Source of the DNA: Clostridia bacterium
GTDB taxonomy: Bacteria; Bacillota; Clostridia; Christensenellales; UBA3700
Assembly (NCBI GenBank): GCA_029060025.1
Contig: JAIDUV010000007.1
Coordinates: 13,007 to 77,006 of the forward strand
Length of the DNA: 64,000 bases
Direction: 5' to 3'
Shown here: piece after piece, positions 18,001 to 25,293 of the stretch
How the letters are laid out: each line of letters opens with the position of its first letter
How positions within the stretch are numbered: position 1 is the stretch's first letter
Notes under the pieces: generated by a model
Seen by the model: the letters and a program-made list of their open reading frames with translations, nothing else
The model's database searches: none
What the model was told of the DNA's origin: nothing
Program-made: the position numbers and the translations under genes

Positions 18001-19549
18001 TCTCAAGCGCATATATGACAACGCAAAGTACGTGACGGTTGGCGGCTTGCACAAGCGTGCTCAAAGATTTTTTGACGCGATGAATGGAAGAATTGAAAAA
18101 GCCGAGTGCACAGAGAAGATAAAAAGTACGCGCAACAAAGATTACTGTCTAATCTACAGTCTTATTCCAATCGAGAACAGAGAAGATTTGCTCGAGCGGT
18201 ATACTACGCTTGCAGAATTTGCAAGGGGCAGCAAGCAATTTGGCGCGCAAAGACAGTTGAGTGAGCGAAGAACTGTGGATATTGCTATGGAAAATCTTGC
18301 GCGCGTGGCGGGATATGCAAGCGCGGACATATTCATTTTTGAGATGGAAGCGGAAAATCCCAGTGATATATACAAGACTTATACCGTAGACAACGTTGAG
18401 ATTACACCGTATATCGACGGTAGTAAATTCAAGATTGCCTACAACGTCCAAAGAGACGGCAAGGTATTGTCTGCAATTCCAAGCAAGTACGGCAAAGATT
18501 CTACGGTAGTCGAGATAAAAAATCAGATAAAGAAACTCAATCAGAAATTCCGTCGAATAATTTCCAGTATGGAAAACGCAATGAATACGCGCGTTCCGTT
18601 TACGGCAGAGCAACTGCTTAGTATGAGCCGCGAGCGAATTATATCGACAGTGCTTGAAAAATTGATTTTGGTCGCAGACGGCAAAGCGTGCATATTTGAC
18701 GGCGGGCTTAAGAGTATCGACGGCAAGCCTGTCGAGTCGAGAGAAGTATATATTGCGCACCCTGTCGAACTCAAGAAGTTAGGGCTGCTTTCTTTGGCAA
18801 TAGAATACGTGGTAAAAGGAAATATCCGTCAGCCGTTCAAGCAAGTAATGCGCGAGATTTATACCAAGACGGACATAGAACTTACGCAAGACGAAGTGCT
18901 GCGCTTCAAAGGCTTTGAAGTAGACCTCAAAAAGTGTGTAGCCGCGCTCAAGGGCAAGGGCTGGGGAGTGTCGGAGGATATAGGTCTGCGCAAGGTATAT
19001 TACCGCACTGATACGGTGGCGGCAATATTCCGCGAGTGCGATTATTTGTTTACGGTAGATTACGACAACGTCAATAGAGAACTTCACGGCATATACTTTT
19101 TGAAGCGCAAAACCGGAGAGATAATACCGTTGAAGGACGTGGACGATATAACTTTTTCCGAGACTTTGCGCGACGTGGACTTGATGATTTCCATCAGTTC
19201 CAAAGTCATTTACGACTTTGCTATGGCAATGTCTACGGTGGAGATGCGCCAAGAGGTATTGAAGTCTATCGTGGAAATACTTGGACTTTCCAACGTGTCT
19301 TTCTTAAAAGATAATATCAAAGTCGATGGTAAGCGCGGGACGTACGTTGTCAATATTCGCACCGGACTTGTGTTTAAAGAGGGCAGAGGTAATCTTGCCA
19401 TTGATACGGTATATAGCGTCGACAAACCTATACTGTTGGACTTCGTCGACGAAGATCCTATGACGGCGGACATAATAAGCAAGGCGGTAGTTCTTGCGGC
19501 AGACGACAAGATAAAAGACCCTGCGCTTTTGAGAGAGATAGAGGATTGA
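15053..19549 (+). CDS. Giant 1498-aa protein with a helical-repeat N-terminal region and a MolR/YehI-like (DUF4132-type) C-terminal region
   Basis: A long uninterrupted ORF with a GAGGGG RBS. The C-terminal string GSKQFGAQRQLSERRTVDIAMENLARVAGY ... QPFKQVMREIY ... ITFSETLRDVDLMISISS ... GKRGTYVVNIRTG matches my recollection of DUF4132 proteins. No Walker A or HExxH motif was seen. Confidence 0.6.
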   Translation: MVKITNKEILKAINGIDDKEVKAVLLSGGQTCLCSLKFLRKHEEAFRSLIPNYFDEYMILYYGDNSDYSYADRDSYMIYLCIEMGVVKSDDFTSVVNYATAGIDLDFLRYNSPSVVDLFKDSLLKTKDGDKKLLDFVEKNPRYLTYFLPLICSIDSEVFFGALTDYVKSAKLEDTLRLHVLEAMMQSSDKNMLLRCLDEIDNNNYYRFKALNEAGIMMGDSTVTLAPKELVAVLRDAANGNYEKYLNADYRHSYHFVRAYKRVRQEEFSSFVIDALNRSGDRMRLALLGFLSVNEINSKYVQEIFSRKFTLEDLSVFIYKLRCEIMDISVVPMVFESLFELLMSMSKVNYHFKTDEDISFARDVYKSTVVSRLGKLALRRDDGEYIKRLDNIYDTFKEEAQASYLSEVGEKTSLDVRQCTIKFLKTDNYEAINYFDNSNIKLTYNEAVFVSDYLKSKKGSVKSKIVKAFLTSKDSEKIAEYLLSCKEDYKKSAGEEMQKSQGKIDDKKLAKKTERFSWWSESVFKEDKPIDEIEKLAKQETDVKPINPISHKRLKDFFTAIEDFIQANKDYEYAAEYTEGLEQFGSNFKRLKDSDRDYGFEAYPLGREIKALIKDNFTQEEIAGILVVVYCVDKDAEKLYKAVCGKNIFEDAQKNFEYVVASRKKGRWYYDTNEFNIIQQLDYSIAKELLGEEEKLAIVAAFAQENVLDKYKKGRSPYMFCNMLAKSNDIRTLKALTHFECAFINADVEDCISYNLVEKAFENNLISERLARYFILKQGFADRFLPTSSAYIMRSDYKNKKYKSLLLDFVEKALDVEFNRGSLQTPYSELFRRSSVRVFGAEKFFKAIVALRGLTWVRSSYGMEKNEILSNILKNTVKSENDDYSKFVELIKQYNITDDELMKATLFNPEFVDYTAQYFGVENLKIAIFWYIAHLNETLDTEKQERRIEQIKEFSDISYQDFKDGAFDCNWYAEMVEKVPADILKRIYDNAKYVTVGGLHKRAQRFFDAMNGRIEKAECTEKIKSTRNKDYCLIYSLIPIENREDLLERYTTLAEFARGSKQFGAQRQLSERRTVDIAMENLARVAGYASADIFIFEMEAENPSDIYKTYTVDNVEITPYIDGSKFKIAYNVQRDGKVLSAIPSKYGKDSTVVEIKNQIKKLNQKFRRIISSMENAMNTRVPFTAEQLLSMSRERIISTVLEKLILVADGKACIFDGGLKSIDGKPVESREVYIAHPVELKKLGLLSLAIEYVVKGNIRQPFKQVMREIYTKTDIELTQDEVLRFKGFEVDLKKCVAALKGKGWGVSEDIGLRKVYYRTDTVAAIFRECDYLFTVDYDNVNRELHGIYFLKRKTGEIIPLKDVDDITFSETLRDVDLMISISSKVIYDFAMAMSTVEMRQEVLKSIVEILGLSNVSFLKDNIKVDGKRGTYVVNIRTGLVFKEGRGNLAIDTVYSVDKPILLDFVDEDPMTADIISKAVVLAADDKIKDPALLREIED

Positions 19550-19865
19550 GATTAAAAATTGCAATGAGAATGACTTCCTAATAAACTATGCGTATCACCT
19601 TGACAGTGGCGTAGGATGTCTCAAGTCGTATGCTTTGGAGTTTTTTTGCCGAGATGGTCAATAGACTTAAAATGGCTCGATTGCTATTCAAAATAGCGTA
19701 ATCAAGTGATATAATTACAAAAATGCAGTTAATTCATAATACTTTTACTAGTTTTAATTCTCATTATTCTGCTTTACTTATTATGCAATAAGACTTTCTT
19801 TTTAACATAAAGTATGCTATAATATTGATAATTTATAATTTAAGCAATAGTAAAAGGAGTTGGGT

Positions 19866-21494
19866 ATGTTGAGAGTTAAGCCGTTGAGCAGTCTTGTCAA
19901 AGTCTTTTCAGACGAAGAGCCAAAAGCAAAAGCATTTGAGAAGTTGAGTATATTTCGCAACGAGAAATCTTCGTTGCAGATTGCATTGACGAGTGATATT
20001 GACTGCAAGGTATCTGTCGAGATAGATTCGCCGTTTGGTCAAATGCTAAAGCCTTTTGTAGTCGAAGAGATTTATTCGGCTATGCCTGTGGCAAAGATGC
20101 AAGACGATTACACTTTGAGAAGAGATGCGGGCAAGTTTCCCGAATTGCTTAGACCGCTTGAGGGTGATATAAATTTGACAGCGGGCAAGTGGACGAGTCT
20201 TTGGCTTTCGCTTGACCCCAATCCTCAATTGCCAGTCGGTGAGCAAAAAGTCAAGGTGAGTTTCCCTAGCGGCGAAGAGCAGACGCAAGTTGAGTTTGCA
20301 ATCGACGTGATTGACTGCGATTTGCCAAAGCAGACGCTTTTGTATACCAACTGGTTTCACACCGACTGCCTTGCGACGTACTATAAAGTCGAGGTCTTTT
20401 CGGACAGGTATTGGAGCATAGTCGAGGCTTATCTCAAGACGGCGCGAGAGTATGGAATGAACGTCGTACTTACTCCGATATTCACGCCTCCGCTTGATAC
20501 CAAGAAAGGCGGAGAGAGACTGACTGTCCAACTGATTGGGGTGAGCGTCAACGACGGCAAATATGCTTTTGATTTTTCTAATCTTGACAAGTGGATAGAT
20601 ATGTGTCATAGAGTTGGCATAGAGTATTTTGAAATGGCGCACTTCTTTACTCAATGGGGCGCAAAGAAATGCCCCAAGATAGTGGCGAACGTAGACGGAC
20701 GAGTCAAGAAAATCTTTGGTTGGAAGACTCGCGGAGCAGGTAAGAAGTACAAGGCGTTTCTTGCTGCGCTTGCTCCTTGCCTAAAAGAATATTTGATACA
20801 GAAGGGTGTTGCAGACAAAGTATTTTTCCACGTGTCCGACGAGCCGTCTACTAGAGTTATCCGGCAATACCGCAAGGCAAGCGAGATTGTCAAACAACTT
20901 TTTGGTGATTTCAAGATAATAGACGCTTTGAGTGATTATAAGTTTTATCAGAACGGATTGGTTGAATTGCCAATACCTGCCAACAATCATATCGACGCTT
21001 TTATCGGCAACGTCAAAGAACTTTGGACGTATTACTGCTGCGCACAGGTAGACAAAGTAGCCAACAGATTTTTCTCAATGCCGTCGCAGCGCAACAGGGT
21101 ACTGGGTTGTCAAATGTACAAGTACGACGTCAAGGGATTTTTGCATTGGGGATACAACTTCTGGTACAAGAGGCTTTCCGTGGGCGAAGTCGATCCATTC
21201 AAGGAGACGGACGCAGGCGGATTCTTTCCATCGGGAGATTCTTTTGTAGTATATCCCGGCAAGGACGGCAAGCCTTTGGTATCTTTGAGGTTGAGAGTAT
21301 TTTACGACGCTTTGCAGGATATGCGCGCGCTGCAACTTGCCGAAAGTCTTATCGGCAGAGATAAGACGCTTGAGTTGTTGGAGCAAGGCGCAGAGAAGCC
21401 TATCACTTTTGCAGAATATCCGCACAGTGACGACTGGCAATTGCAGATGAGAGAAAGAATAAACAACGCAATAAGACAAGAATTAAAGAAATAA
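19866..21494 (+). CDS. DUF4091-type protein (GH123-like putative glycoside hydrolase)
   Basis: AAGGAG RBS before the ATG at 19866. The C-terminal FLHWGYNFWY and overall ~540-aa architecture recall DUF4091 proteins. Confidence 0.5.
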   Translation: MLRVKPLSSLVKVFSDEEPKAKAFEKLSIFRNEKSSLQIALTSDIDCKVSVEIDSPFGQMLKPFVVEEIYSAMPVAKMQDDYTLRRDAGKFPELLRPLEGDINLTAGKWTSLWLSLDPNPQLPVGEQKVKVSFPSGEEQTQVEFAIDVIDCDLPKQTLLYTNWFHTDCLATYYKVEVFSDRYWSIVEAYLKTAREYGMNVVLTPIFTPPLDTKKGGERLTVQLIGVSVNDGKYAFDFSNLDKWIDMCHRVGIEYFEMAHFFTQWGAKKCPKIVANVDGRVKKIFGWKTRGAGKKYKAFLAALAPCLKEYLIQKGVADKVFFHVSDEPSTRVIRQYRKASEIVKQLFGDFKIIDALSDYKFYQNGLVELPIPANNHIDAFIGNVKELWTYYCCAQVDKVANRFFSMPSQRNRVLGCQMYKYDVKGFLHWGYNFWYKRLSVGEVDPFKETDAGGFFPSGDSFVVYPGKDGKPLVSLRLRVFYDALQDMRALQLAESLIGRDKTLELLEQGAEKPITFAEYPHSDDWQLQMRERINNAIRQELKK

Positions 21495-21520
21495 TATTTA
21501 GATTTACGTAGAGGAGAAAA

Positions 21521-22957
21521 ATGGAAGAGAATAATACCCCTGCGGCTATGCAGGACAATCAATCGGTTGAAGGACAAGACAGTCAGGAAGCGCAACCCAA
21601 GAAAAAACGCGGAGGCTTTACCAGCAAGATAGGCTTTGTTTTGGCGGCGGCAGGATCTGCCGTAGGACTTGGCAATATATGGCGTTTTCCATATCTTGCG
21701 GCAAAATACGGCGGCGGAATATTTTTGCTTACCTACATAATTTTGGCGGTGACGTTTGGCTTTGTCTTGATGGTTGCAGAGATAGCGCTTGGGCGCAAGA
21801 CTGGTATGAGCGCAATCAACGCCTTTAAAAAACTCAACAAGAAGTGGGCGTTTTTGGGCGTGCTGTGCGCAATAATTCCTATTATAATTTTACCTTATTA
21901 TTCCGTCATTGGCGGTTGGGTAGGCAAATATTTCTTCACGTACGTTTCAGGCGGAGGTATGTCTGCCGCAGGAGATAGTTTTTTCAACGGTTTTATATCC
22001 TCGCCGTGGCAACCGCTTTTATTCTTCTTTATATTCGTCAGCGTGGTATTCGTCGTAGTGCTTTTCGGCGTAGAGAAGGGTGTGGAAAAGGTCAGCAAGT
22101 TTTTGATGCCGGCGCTTGTCGTGTTGACTATAGGCGTAACTATTTACACCTTGACAATGCCGGGTTCGGCTGAAGGCATAAAGTATTATTTGTTGCCTGA
22201 CTTTAAGAAATTTTCTGTCAAGACAGTGCTTGCCGCATTGGGACAGTTGTTTTATTCTATGTCACTTGCTATGGGCATAATGATAACTTACGGCTCGTAT
22301 ATGAAAAAGCAGGATAAGATAGAATCGTCAGTGCATCAGATTGAAATCTTTGACACAGGTATTGCGTTGCTTTCGGGACTTATGATAATACCTGCGGCGT
22401 ATGCTTTTTCGGGCGGTAATCCCGAGACTTTGGGACAGGGACCTGGACTTATGTTTGTCGCATTGCCAAAGGTATTTGCCAATTTCGGCAGCGTAGGCGG
22501 AGGAATATTGGGAGCGTTGTTTTTTGCTCTCGTGCTATTTGCCGCGTTGACTTCGGCAATATCTCTTATGGAGACTGTCGTGTCTATCGTCATTGACAAA
22601 TTCCATTTGTCGCGCAAAAAGTCCAGTGTGATTGTATACGTCGGCACGTTGCTTTTGGGTATACCGTCGTCACTCGGCTTTGGCGTATGGAGCGCCGTTT
22701 CCGTCGGCGGAATGACAATACTTGATATGTTCGACTTCTTGAGCAACTCCATACTTATGCCTATAGCCGCCCTTTTGACTTGCGTATTCATAGGCTATGT
22801 GGTGGGGTGCAGAAATTTGACCGACGAGATAGAACTCAACGGACCGTTTAAGTTCAAAAAGTTTTTTAATGTAATGATCAAATACGTCTGTCCGATATGT
22901 ATTGCCGCAATACTCATCACGTCTATTTTGGACGTGTTCGGCGTGTTTAGCATTTAA
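21521..22957 (+). CDS. Sodium-dependent transporter, neurotransmitter:sodium symporter (SNF) family
   Basis: The hallmark AAGSAVGLGNIWRFPYLAAKYGGG motif and about 11-12 hydrophobic segments. Confidence 0.85.
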   Translation: MEENNTPAAMQDNQSVEGQDSQEAQPKKKRGGFTSKIGFVLAAAGSAVGLGNIWRFPYLAAKYGGGIFLLTYIILAVTFGFVLMVAEIALGRKTGMSAINAFKKLNKKWAFLGVLCAIIPIIILPYYSVIGGWVGKYFFTYVSGGGMSAAGDSFFNGFISSPWQPLLFFFIFVSVVFVVVLFGVEKGVEKVSKFLMPALVVLTIGVTIYTLTMPGSAEGIKYYLLPDFKKFSVKTVLAALGQLFYSMSLAMGIMITYGSYMKKQDKIESSVHQIEIFDTGIALLSGLMIIPAAYAFSGGNPETLGQGPGLMFVALPKVFANFGSVGGGILGALFFALVLFAALTSAISLMETVVSIVIDKFHLSRKKSSVIVYVGTLLLGIPSSLGFGVWSAVSVGGMTILDMFDFLSNSILMPIAALLTCVFIGYVVGCRNLTDEIELNGPFKFKKFFNVMIKYVCPICIAAILITSILDVFGVFSI

Positions 22958-23057
22958 CGACGGAGAAATATGATTAGATTGGCAACACCTCTTGACGTAT
23001 AAAAGAAAAGAGGATTGACGTTGACAAAAATATATTGAAAAATTTTAGGAGTGAATT

Positions 23058-23630
23058 ATGTTAAAAGATTTGGGAGTAAAACCTTACGTGTTTCCAATGC
23101 CTGTGCTTATGATTGCTACCTACAACGAGGACGGCAGCGTAGACGTTATGAATATGGCTTGGGGAGGGATTTGCGCAGAGAATATGGTCGCGCTTAATAT
23201 TGACGAGGATCATAAGACGGCAGAAAATATCAAACGCGCCGGCGCTTTTACTTTGAGCGTTGCTGACGTAGATCACATTGAAGAAGCAGACTTTTTCGGC
23301 ATTGCCACCGGCAATAAGATGAAAGATAAATTTGAGCGTTCAGGCTTGCACGCAGTGAAAAGTACAAGAGTAAACGCACCGATTGTCAAAGATTTTCCGT
23401 TGACTCTTGAGTGCAAAGTAGTTGAGTGCCAAAATACTGCGTACGGCTTTAGAGTGCTTGGCGAGATACTCAACGTACTTGCCGATGAAAAAGTGCTTGA
23501 CGAAAGAGGACGAGTCAACCCCAAAAAACTTAACGCTTTTGTATTCGATCAGTTCCAAAGCGGTTATTACGCGATTGGTGATAAGGTCGGGCAGGCTTGG
23601 AATGCAGGCGCAAAATTGATGAAAAAATAA
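23058..23630 (+). CDS. Flavin reductase-like FMN-binding protein
   Basis: PMPVLMIATYNEDGSVDVMNMAWGG is typical of the flavin reductase-like domain. Confidence 0.7.
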   Translation: MLKDLGVKPYVFPMPVLMIATYNEDGSVDVMNMAWGGICAENMVALNIDEDHKTAENIKRAGAFTLSVADVDHIEEADFFGIATGNKMKDKFERSGLHAVKSTRVNAPIVKDFPLTLECKVVECQNTAYGFRVLGEILNVLADEKVLDERGRVNPKKLNAFVFDQFQSGYYAIGDKVGQAWNAGAKLMKK

Positions 23631-23647
23631 AATTGAAAATCAAAAAT

Positions 23648-23672
23648 AAATGACGGCGTTTGCCGTCATTTT
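23648..23672. terminator. Bidirectional terminator
   Basis: tgacggc-gttt-gccgtca flanked by A and T runs, between convergent genes. Confidence 0.7.
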
Positions 23673-23683
23673 GTGTTTAAACA

Positions 23684-24007
23684 TCAAATATTGTTTTTAT
23701 ATTCCGTTCCCCAATCCCACATTGCGTCGAGAATAGGTTTGAGCGAATTTCCGAGTGGCGAAAGAGAGTAGACTACGCGAGGCGGAACTTCTGCAAAGAC
23801 CTCTCTTTCAATAAGTCCGTCGTATTCGAGCGCGCGAAGATTGTCCGTCAAGACCTTTTTGCTTATTCCCGGTATCGTCTTGGAAAACTCCGTAAATCTC
23901 TGCGGCTTATTGAGCAGATTGCGGATGATAAGCAACTTCCACTTGTTGCCTATAAGTTGAACTGTCGTCGCAACCGGACATTCGGGTAACTCTTCTCTTG
24001 TCAGCAT
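23684..24007 (-). CDS. HxlR-family transcriptional regulator
   Basis: CPVATTVQLIGNKWKLLIIRNL ... VYSLSPLG is the HxlR winged-helix signature. Confidence 0.85.
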   Translation of the reverse strand: MLTREELPECPVATTVQLIGNKWKLLIIRNLLNKPQRFTEFSKTIPGISKKVLTDNLRALEYDGLIEREVFAEVPPRVVYSLSPLGNSLKPILDAMWDWGTEYKNNI

Positions 24008-24094
24008 AGATTTCTCCTATTTAATAAGATAAAAATATAATATCAAACTTTATTACGTTTGTCAATAGTTCAAAAAAGAAACTAGGTTACAAAT

Positions 24095-24111
24095 CTATTA
24101 TCCGGTAATAG
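24095..24111. promoter_or_regulatory. Candidate operator (6-5-6 perfect palindrome) in the hxlR / cupin divergent region
   Basis: ctatta-tccgg-taatag. Confidence 0.25.
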
Positions 24112-24200
24112 AAAAGTAACGTTCTTGTATTGCTTTTTTCCTTTTGCTATACTTTGAAAGTAATCTAAGAGATTGCAAAATAAATTTTAAGGAGTTTTTT

Positions 24201-24554
24201 ATGAACAATTTTAAAAAAGTTAGTATTACAGAAGTGACTCGTCAAGAACTTCACGACGTTCTCGGTCTTACCGGAGCAGAGGTAAGCGTAAACACATTGC
24301 CGGCAGGGGCAGGGGTTCCGTTCGTACATTCGCACAAGCAGAATGAAGAGATATATGCGATTCTTGACGGACAGGGAACCGCCGTTATAGACGGCGAAAG
24401 CGTAAGATTGAAAGCAGGAGAATGGATACGTATTTCTCCGTCGGCAAAAAGACAGTTCTTTGCATCGGCGGATACGGAATTGAAATACGTATGCATCCAA
24501 GTTAAAGAAGGCTCTTTGGAAGGTTATACATTGACTGATGCGATAGTATTATGA
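24201..24554 (+). CDS. Cupin-domain protein
   Basis: AAGGAG RBS before the ATG at 24201. G-x5-HxH-like FVHSHKQNEEIY and GEWIRISP motifs are present. Confidence 0.7.
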   Translation: MNNFKKVSITEVTRQELHDVLGLTGAEVSVNTLPAGAGVPFVHSHKQNEEIYAILDGQGTAVIDGESVRLKAGEWIRISPSAKRQFFASADTELKYVCIQVKEGSLEGYTLTDAIVL

Positions 24555-25015
24555 CACAGGAAAGCAAAAGGAAGTTTTTAATAGATTACCTGCTTTCGTC
24601 AAGTAATGCGAAAGTGTCTATACCCGACGAAGCAATTTCACAAAAGAGATTGCTTCGCGCTCTCCTCAATATGAGAATGCCGCGACCTGCAAGCGCAGAG
24701 TTTTTGCAAATACTCGTCTTGCATTTGCAAGAGGAATTGAGACAAAAAGGCGTTACGGATATTGACTGCCTTACACCAATTGCGCCAGATATTTATCTTT
24801 GGAAAGGGGATATTACTACGCTGAAGTGCGACGGTGTCGTCAATGCGGCAAATTTGCAGATGCTTGGCTGTTTTTGTTTCAATCACGGCTGTATCGACAA
24901 TGCTATTCATATGTTTGCGGGAGCGCAGATGCGTCTGGAGTGCGCCCAAATTATAGGCAGGCAACGTGTTCGCCGCAGATACAAAGTCAAGCAGTTTGTA
25001 TCGACGAGCATATAG
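24551..25015 (+). pseudogene. Macro-domain (ADP-ribose hydrolase-type) gene, 3'-truncated
   Basis: Residues 1-138 match the N-terminal extension plus the first half of a macro domain (LWKGDITTLKCDGVVNAANLQMLG...CIDNAIHMFAG). After QIIGRQ the frame gives 16 unrelated residues and then stops. Full-length relatives are about 260 aa. Confidence 0.5.
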
Positions 25016-25039
25016 GCCAGGTTTTGAAAAGTCTTTGCC

Positions 25040-25072
25040 AAAAATGACGGCAGTCCCTTGCGGGGCTGCCGT
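25040..25072 (-). terminator. Intrinsic terminator of the DUF11 / Cys-peptide operon
   Basis: Minus strand: acggcagccccgcaagggactgccgt followed by cattttt. Confidence 0.65.
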
Positions 25073-25088
25073 GTATAGTTTTAGTGCG

Positions 25089-25292
25089 TCAGTTGCAATT
25101 TCCGTTGCATTGCCAATTGCAATTGCAGTTACAGGAGCAAGCGCAATTACAAGGCGGACAGGGCGCCATTCTCGGAACAAATGGCGTCGGGGCGGGTTGA
25201 TTCACGATAGTTGTTACGAGATTGCTTGCGGTCGTAATTGGAGTATCGCCCGAGTTATCCGTAACGAGAGATAAATTAGTTATTGTTGCCAT
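25089..25292 (-). CDS. 67-aa peptide with a Cys-free T/N/P-rich N-terminal 44 aa and a C-terminal CPPCNCACSCNCNCNWQCNGNCN tail
   Basis: The ORF starts 1 nt after the stop of the upstream gene (TGAtATG) and is followed by the operon terminator. The last 23 residues contain 9 Cys and 7 Asn. Confidence 0.55.
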   Translation of the reverse strand: MATITNLSLVTDNSGDTPITTASNLVTTIVNQPAPTPFVPRMAPCPPCNCACSCNCNCNWQCNGNCN

Positions 25293-25293
25293 A

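Larger units (their letters stand above)
12534..19650 (+). other. AT-rich accessory islet adjacent to tRNA-Thr (candidate genomic or defence islet)
   Basis: A sharp visual drop in GC occurs, most extreme at 12.5-14.7 kb. All genes are of unknown function, and internal promoters and terminators are present. Housekeeping genes flank the islet. Confidence 0.5.

Noticed and set aside
19550-19860. An att-type direct repeat of the tRNA-Thr 3' end marking the right border of the islet.
   Set aside because: I could not find the tRNA 3' sequence or any convincing match by eye, so the border remains undefined. This needs a computed search.
25095-25127. TGCAAT-type hexamer reiteration in the Cys/Asn tail acting as an ON/OFF phase-variation switch.
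   Set aside because: The unit length is a multiple of three, so slippage would change peptide length and not the reading frame. It is kept only as a note on possible length polymorphism.
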